Positions 57,756-64,000 of a stretch of DNA of 64,000 nt are shown here, in pieces (position 1 is the stretch's first letter; every line of letters begins with the position of its first letter). The notes beneath the pieces were generated by a model. That model saw only the letters and a list, made by a program, of their open reading frames with translations. It had not been told where the DNA came from and did not search any database. Both the position numbers and the translations under genes were made by a program. Source of the DNA: Neodothiora populina (taxonomy: Eukaryota); contig NW_027191404.1 of NCBI RefSeq assembly GCF_041146345.1, positions 2,542,001 through 2,606,000 on the forward strand, written 5' to 3'.

Positions 57756-59375
57756 ATGCAGTTACTCAAGGTCGCGGCTTCGCTTGCGCTTCTTCTCACT
57801 GCCTCGCCTGCTCTGGCGGGAAAACCTGACAAGAGCGGTACTCGAGACTTCGCGAAGAGACAATGGAAGTCCCATATGCATTTGCAAGGGTGGGAGAGAC
57901 ACCCCGTCTTCCATTCCAATGCGACTACAGGAAACGCCACATTCGAGCAATACATTGACCACAAGAACCCTGATCTTGGTACATTTTCTCAACTTTACTT
58001 TTGGTCAACAGAGTTTTGGGGCGGACCAGGCTCTCCAATAGTTATCTTCACTCCCGGTGAGGTGGCAGCGAGCGGATACACGGGATATTTGACCAACAGA
58101 ACTACAACCGGTGTTGTTGCCCAGAAAATCGGCGCAGCGGTCATTATTGTCGAGCACCGCTACTGGGGACAGTCGTCCCCGGTTGATGTGCTCAGCACGA
58201 AGAACATGCAGTACCTCACTCTTGAGAACTCGATCAGCGACTTGAACCATTTTGCACAGACGGTGCGTCTGCCGTTCGATCCAAGAAGGGCTAGCCGCCC
58301 CCAGAAGGCACCTTGGGTACTGATGGGTGGATCTTACAGCGGTGCGTTGTCAGCCTGGACAGCATCGACACAGCCTGGGACGTTCTGGGCATACCATGCC
58401 AGTTCTGCACCTGTACAAGCGATCTCAGATTACTGGCAATACTTTGTTCCGGTCCAGGAAGGTATGCCCCAGAACTGCAGCAAAGATGTGTCTTTGGTAG
58501 TTGATCATGTGGACGCTGTATTCCATAATGGCACAGCGGATGAACAATATGCACTCAAGGCTATGTTTGGACTAGGCGATCTCGAACATTACGACGATTT
58601 CGCTGCGGCGTTGGAGAACGGACCATGGCTTTGGCAAGGAAACCAGTTTTACCTCAACAGTGGTTTCTTTTATTTCTGCGATGCTGTAGAAAATGCTACC
58701 CCTAACGGCACTGTTCCGGGTGCGGAAGGTGTTGGTCTCGAGAAAGCACTTGCGGGCTATGCAAGCTGGTTCAACACGACCATGCTTCCAGGCTTCTGCG
58801 CTTCGTACGGTTATGCTGATTGGCAAGGCCAGTACAGCATTGGATGCTTCGACACATACAACGCCTCCAGCCCACAGTACACGGATATGTCACTGTCGAA
58901 TGGTTTTGATCGACAGTGGACATGGTTTCTGTGTAACGAGCCTTTTGGGTACTGGCAAGACGGAGCGCCGTCAGACCGCCCATCAATTGTTTCAAGGTTG
59001 GTCGACGCTCAATACTGGATCAGACAATGTCCCTTGAGCTTTCCTCCAGAGGATGGGTACACCTTCGGCATAGCAAAGGGCGAGACGGAAGACGAAGTGA
59101 ACAGCTACACCAAGGGATGGGACATTGCTCATCCTCGCTTGCTGTATGTCAATGGTGATTACGACCCTTGGCGAGAGGCCAGCGTCAGCTCAGAGTTTAG
59201 AGATGGAGGAAAACTGGCGTCTACTGCAGACCATCCGGTTGTGATTGTGCCGGGTGGATTCCATACATCTGATCTGCTTACGAGGAACGCACAGAGCAAT
59301 GCAGGAGCTGCGACAGCTATTGACGCCGTAGTTGCTCAACTGAAGGCTTGGGTCGATGAATTTCCCAAGAAGTAG
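57756..59375 (+). CDS. Secreted serine peptidase, family S28 (prolylcarboxypeptidase / prolyl endoprotease-like)
   Basis: Signal peptide, then FEQYIDH, EHRYWGQS, nucleophile motif GGSYSG, ASSAPV, WTWFLCNE, NGDYDPW and GGFHTSD. Intronless. Confidence 0.93.
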   Translation: MQLLKVAASLALLLTASPALAGKPDKSGTRDFAKRQWKSHMHLQGWERHPVFHSNATTGNATFEQYIDHKNPDLGTFSQLYFWSTEFWGGPGSPIVIFTPGEVAASGYTGYLTNRTTTGVVAQKIGAAVIIVEHRYWGQSSPVDVLSTKNMQYLTLENSISDLNHFAQTVRLPFDPRRASRPQKAPWVLMGGSYSGALSAWTASTQPGTFWAYHASSAPVQAISDYWQYFVPVQEGMPQNCSKDVSLVVDHVDAVFHNGTADEQYALKAMFGLGDLEHYDDFAAALENGPWLWQGNQFYLNSGFFYFCDAVENATPNGTVPGAEGVGLEKALAGYASWFNTTMLPGFCASYGYADWQGQYSIGCFDTYNASSPQYTDMSLSNGFDRQWTWFLCNEPFGYWQDGAPSDRPSIVSRLVDAQYWIRQCPLSFPPEDGYTFGIAKGETEDEVNSYTKGWDIAHPRLLYVNGDYDPWREASVSSEFRDGGKLASTADHPVVIVPGGFHTSDLLTRNAQSNAGAATAIDAVVAQLKAWVDEFPKK

Positions 59376-59739
59376 ATAATACCACCATAGATGCTGAATG
59401 AGGTACTCGTTGATAGAGTAGTCAAGAGTATAATGATGAATGCACGGTGCCTTCTGTTTAAGTCTCTCTCTTGCTTTGTATCTGTCCGCTCCTTCCCCGC
59501 CATGTTCATGTTCACCGAAAGCAAGTGAGGTAAGGTAAGCTTGGCAGGTCATATGACCAGCAACATTATTGAAACATTGCACACATCCATGATCGATCTA
59601 GATATTGTTCATTAGCAGACTGTCGAATTGATAATAACCATCTACAAAGGACTCATCTTCAATCTGTCAACAACACACCTTCGCATGTTTCGGAATTGAA
59701 CGATCCAAGGGCGCATGAGCTGCCCACGACGCCCGATTC

Positions 59740-62700
59740 ATGGCTCAAGCCGTCACCATGGCAGATGCATATAGAAAAAGATTGGAGGACATCACGCGGA
59801 GTCTGAAATCACAGTATGTCGGAAAGAGGTAGATGAGATATACATGGGGTTTGCTGAGACATGATAGGAGCGAAGCAGAACGAAAGCGCGCCGCCAACGT
59901 TTTGCTGCAAGATGTGGAAACAGCATACAAAGGTATCGACAGCGGAGCCAATCTATTGTGTTATTTACAGGATACTGATACACTCATGTGAAGAACTTCC
60001 CAAGGAGGTCTTCGACGATTACTACTACGATGACGCTCGTTCGAAAGACCCCGGCCGGGTCAATGTCAACAAGGCCATCCTGACGCTCGTGCAGCGAGGC
60101 AGCAACACCTACGAGAGAACTGGAGGCCTTTATGCTGTTGATCGCCTGATGGACTTCAAGGGTGAGGATGCAGGGAACAAGGCCACTCGATTCCGTACCC
60201 ATATCCACACCATCATGTCCGGCTCCGACAGGAACGCAATGCGCGTCGCATCCGCCGTACTACGCCACCTTGTACGATCCAGTGGTCCATTGGCTTCTAC
60301 GATTGTGGACGCAGAAGAGAAGGCCGCACTGGAATCGCTGCAGGTCGAGAGAAATGAGGATCGGAGGTTCGCTGCAGTCCTAACCCTGAAAGAGCTGGCC
60401 AAAAGTTCGCCTACACTGTTACATCCCTACATCACCGACATCTTCGAAGTCATCTGGGTCGCGCTGCGAGATCCCATGTTCCTGATCAGAGAGTCTGCTG
60501 CAGAAGCTGTGGGAGAGTGCGTCAGCATCCTTATGGCGAGAGACCCACAGACGCGCAACAAGCTCTTTGGCAGGGCATATGAGGAGATCGAACATGGCTT
60601 TTCAAAACACACCGTCGAGGCTATTCACGGCTCCTTACTGGCACTCAAGGTCTTGCTGGAAAAGGGCGGTATGTTCATGCACGGCTCGCGCTACAAAGAG
60701 GCTTGCGAGAAAGTCCTGGCTTATCGTGAGCATCGCGATCCGCTTGTGCGACACCAGGTTGTCAGTATGATTCCACTGCTCGCCACATATGCTCCCAAAG
60801 AGTTTTGCAATGGTTATATCCACCGCTCAATGTCACATCTCCAGGGCTTGCTCAAGTCTCCAAAGGATCGCAATGACGCCTTTGTGGCTATTGGTAATAT
60901 TGCCAACGCAGTCGGGAGTCAGATTGCTCCTTATCTCGACAACATTCTTCTTCACATCCGCGAAGCTCTGAGTCCAAAGGCTCGAGAAAAGACAACCAAC
61001 GATGCCCCTGTATTTGAATGCCTTAGTATGATTGCAGTAGCTGCTGGCCAGACTCTCAGCAAATACATGGAGGCTCTGCTGGATCCAATCTTCGCCTGCG
61101 GACTCAGTGACGCTTTAATAAAAGCTCTCCGGAACATGGCGCATTTCATTCCTCCAGTCAAGCCTACCATCCAAGAAAAGCTCCTGGACCTGATCAGTTA
61201 TACCTTATGTGGGGAGCGCTTTATGCTTCCGGGCCATCCCACTCGTGGAAGACAGCCGCGTATCTACACAAGAGAAGTCAGAGCTCAGCTCGAAGCTCAG
61301 AATACTGATCACAGGGAGGGCCAGATAGCTCTTGCTCTTAACACTCTCAGCAGTTTCGATTTCTCCGGTCACATACTTAACGAGTTTGTCCGTGACGTTG
61401 CAATTCGCTATGTTGAGGACGATTCTCACATCATCCGAAACCAAGCAGCATTGACCTGTTGTCAGCTTTTCGTCCAAGACCCAATTGTGTACCAGACCAG
61501 TCACTACGCTATACAGGTTGTTAGCGACGTCATTGAGAAATTGCTTACCGTAGGTGTTGCCGATTCAGACGCGACAATTCGTCAGACTGTGCTTCAAGAA
61601 TTGGACGCTCGATTTGATCGCCATCTTGCGAAAGCAGAGAACGTCCGCACTCTGTTTCTTGCACTGAATGATGAAGTGTTCGCAGTGCGAGAAGCAGCTA
61701 TGACGATTATCGGTCGTCTGACTTTGATGAACCCGGCATACGTCTTTCCATCTTTGCGCAAAGTACTGATCCAACTATTGACGGAGATAGAATACTCCAA
61801 CAGTGCCAAGAACAAGAGAGAAAGCGCTTGCCTGATCAGTCACCTCGTCAACTCATCATCAAAGCTTATCAAGCCATATGTTGATCCAATGGTCACGGTA
61901 CTGCTCCCTAAAGCTCGCGATGCCGATCCTGACGTCGCTTCTGCAACTCTCAAAGCCATTGGCGATCTGTCGACCGTTGGAGGCAATGATATGGTCAAGT
62001 ATATTCCAGACCTCATGAAAGTCATCATCGACAGTCTCCAAGATCTCAGCTCCGAGATGAAGCGAAGGGCTGCCCTGAAGACTCTTGGTCAACTTGCTAG
62101 TAGCTCGGGATATGTCATTGACCCATACACTGAACATCCGGAACTACTGGCTATACTCGTCGCTATCATCAGAGACGGCGAGCGTGGTGAATTGCGGCAT
62201 GAGACGATCAGGCTCATGGGTATCTTGGGTGCTCTGGACCCTTACAAGCATCAGGTAATGGAACAGTCTCCGGAGAGCAACTTGATCCAGGAGTCTCAGC
62301 AAGTCAACGACGTCACTCTGATCATGCGCGGTATCACCCCTTCACATGAGGATTATTACCCCACCGTAGTCATTACGACGTTGATGGGAATGCTGAAGGA
62401 GCCAACACTATCACAACACCACTACGCTGTGGTAGAGGCAGTCATGGCTATTTACAAGACTATGGGTCTCAAGTGTGTTGGATTCCTAGATAAGGTCGTC
62501 CCGGGTATACTGCTGGTCATACGAGGCGCCTCGTCCGGAAGTATCGACGGCTACTTCAATCATCTTAGCACATTAGTCCGCATTGTGAGGCAACACATCA
62601 GGCCGCATCTTCCAGAGATCCTCTCGACCGTTCGGGACTTCTGGATGGAACACCCACAATACCAGCCAACAATGTTGTCTCTGATTGAAGCCATCGCAGA

Positions 62701-64000
62701 GTCACTAGAAGGCGAGTTCAAGATATATCTTGCGGATGTGCTCCCACTCATGCTCGGCGCACTCGAGCGAAGAGATCGCAGGACATCAGAGAGAGTATTG
62801 CACGCTTTCCTTGTATTTGGATCTAGTGCCGAAGAATACATGCATTTGATCATCCCGGTGATCGTGCGGATATTCGAGAAGCCTACTGAAGACAAAGATC
62901 GAGAGATTCCACTCAAGAGAATGGCAATCGAGACGATAGGAAAGCTTTCGAGACATGTCAATATCTCCGAATTCGCTGCAAAGATCATACATCCTCTATC
63001 AAGAGTGCTTGCTAGCAATGACACAGAGCTGAAGTCGACTGCACTGGACACATTGTGCGCGCTGATCTTCCAGCTTGGACCCGACTACATTCACTTTATA
63101 CCAACAGTCAACAAGATTCTGGTCAGACATAGAGTGCCGCACACAAACTACTCATTGATCGTTGGTAAGCTTCAGAAGGGCGAACCCTTACCACAAGATC
63201 TCAGTCCCGACGAACTATACAGGAGAGATGTCACAGAAACAGAGGATCTGCAAGTGTCTACGAAGAAGCCCGCAGTCAACCAACAGCATCTCAAGACAGC
63301 GTGGGAGGCCAATTCGAAATCTACCAAGGAAGATTGGCAAGAATGGATACGGCGTTTCAGTATTGAATTGCTGAGAGAATCACCACAACAAGCACTCCGA
63401 GCCTGTCAGAATCTGGCGACCGTATACACGCCACTCGCCAGATCGCTTTTTAATTCTGCTTTCGTTTCGTGCTGGACTGAATTATATGATCAATATCAAG
63501 AAGAACTTGTCCGTTCAATTGAGATAGCTTTGACTTCTCCACACATACCTCCCGAGATTCTACAGATTCTGTTGAATTTGGCAGAATTCATGGAGCATGA
63601 TGACAAGGCACTGCCCATTGACGTCCGAACTCTTGGAATGTATGCAGGAAAGTGTCACGCTTTCGCGAAGGCACTGCATTACAAGGAACTCGAATTCAAC
63701 GCCGAGCAAAATGCCAGCAATGTCGAAGCTTTGATCAGTATCAACAATCAACTGCAACAGACCGATGCGGCTTTTGGTATCCTTCGAAAAGCTCAAGGAT
63801 TTGTTGATGTCCAGATGAAGGAGACTTGGTTCGAGAAGCTACAACGATGGGAAGAGGCCCTTACAGCATACCAAAGACGCGAGAGAGACGAGCCTGATTC
63901 CTTTGAGGTCATCATGGGCAAGATGCGCTGTCTCCACGCTCTCGGTGAATGGGAAGTTCTTTCCACTCTTGCCCAAGAGAAATGGATGCATGCATCTTCG
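59740..64000 (+). CDS. TOR: TOR kinase (PIKK family): HEAT repeats and start of the FAT domain (partial; runs off the window end)
   Basis: ATG at 59740, two short introns (about 59814-59867 and 59933-59993), then one long open frame that is missing from the ORF track because it has no stop. It contains RRFAAVLTLKELA, LMGILGALDPYKH, STKEDWQEWIRRFSIELLRESP, LLNLAEFMEHDDK, CHAFAKALHYKE and WFEKLQRWEEAL. Confidence 0.96.

Overview
Eukaryotic, intron-containing fungal genomic DNA. It is a filamentous ascomycete (Pezizomycotina; Dothideomycete-like by inference) with GT-AG introns, CTRAY branch sites and a typical intron length of about 45-130 nt. I can reconstruct 19 protein-coding loci by hand. 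In order: partial MSC7-like aldehyde dehydrogenase, ARC19, a RING+RRM protein, a SAM methyltransferase, TYW3, a 9-exon DUF2461 gene, a Zn2Cys6 transcription factor, RQT4/ASC-1, eIF4G, a homeobox TF, THOC1/HPR1, CSM3/Swi3, SKI2, importin-7 (NMD5-like), a DUF2235 hydrolase, an AA16 LPMO, an orphan ORF, an S28 peptidase and the 5' part of TOR. There is also a GST/FAX-like gene with an in-frame stop. No rRNA, tRNA, CRISPR array or transposon is evident. The most striking unexplained feature is the DUF2461 gene: four of its introns (299, 769, 706 and 292 nt) are much longer than the local norm and are filled with nested complementary stems, which suggests intron-encoded structured RNAs or a structure-controlled splicing system. 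Other notable signals are a ~1.5-kb AUG-depleted leader with a single uORF before the Zn2Cys6 gene, a frame break or 26-nt intron at the end of the methyltransferase, and a CGA>TGA-type nonsense codon in the GST-like gene. All family assignments come from motif recognition by eye; no database searches or folding calculations were run.
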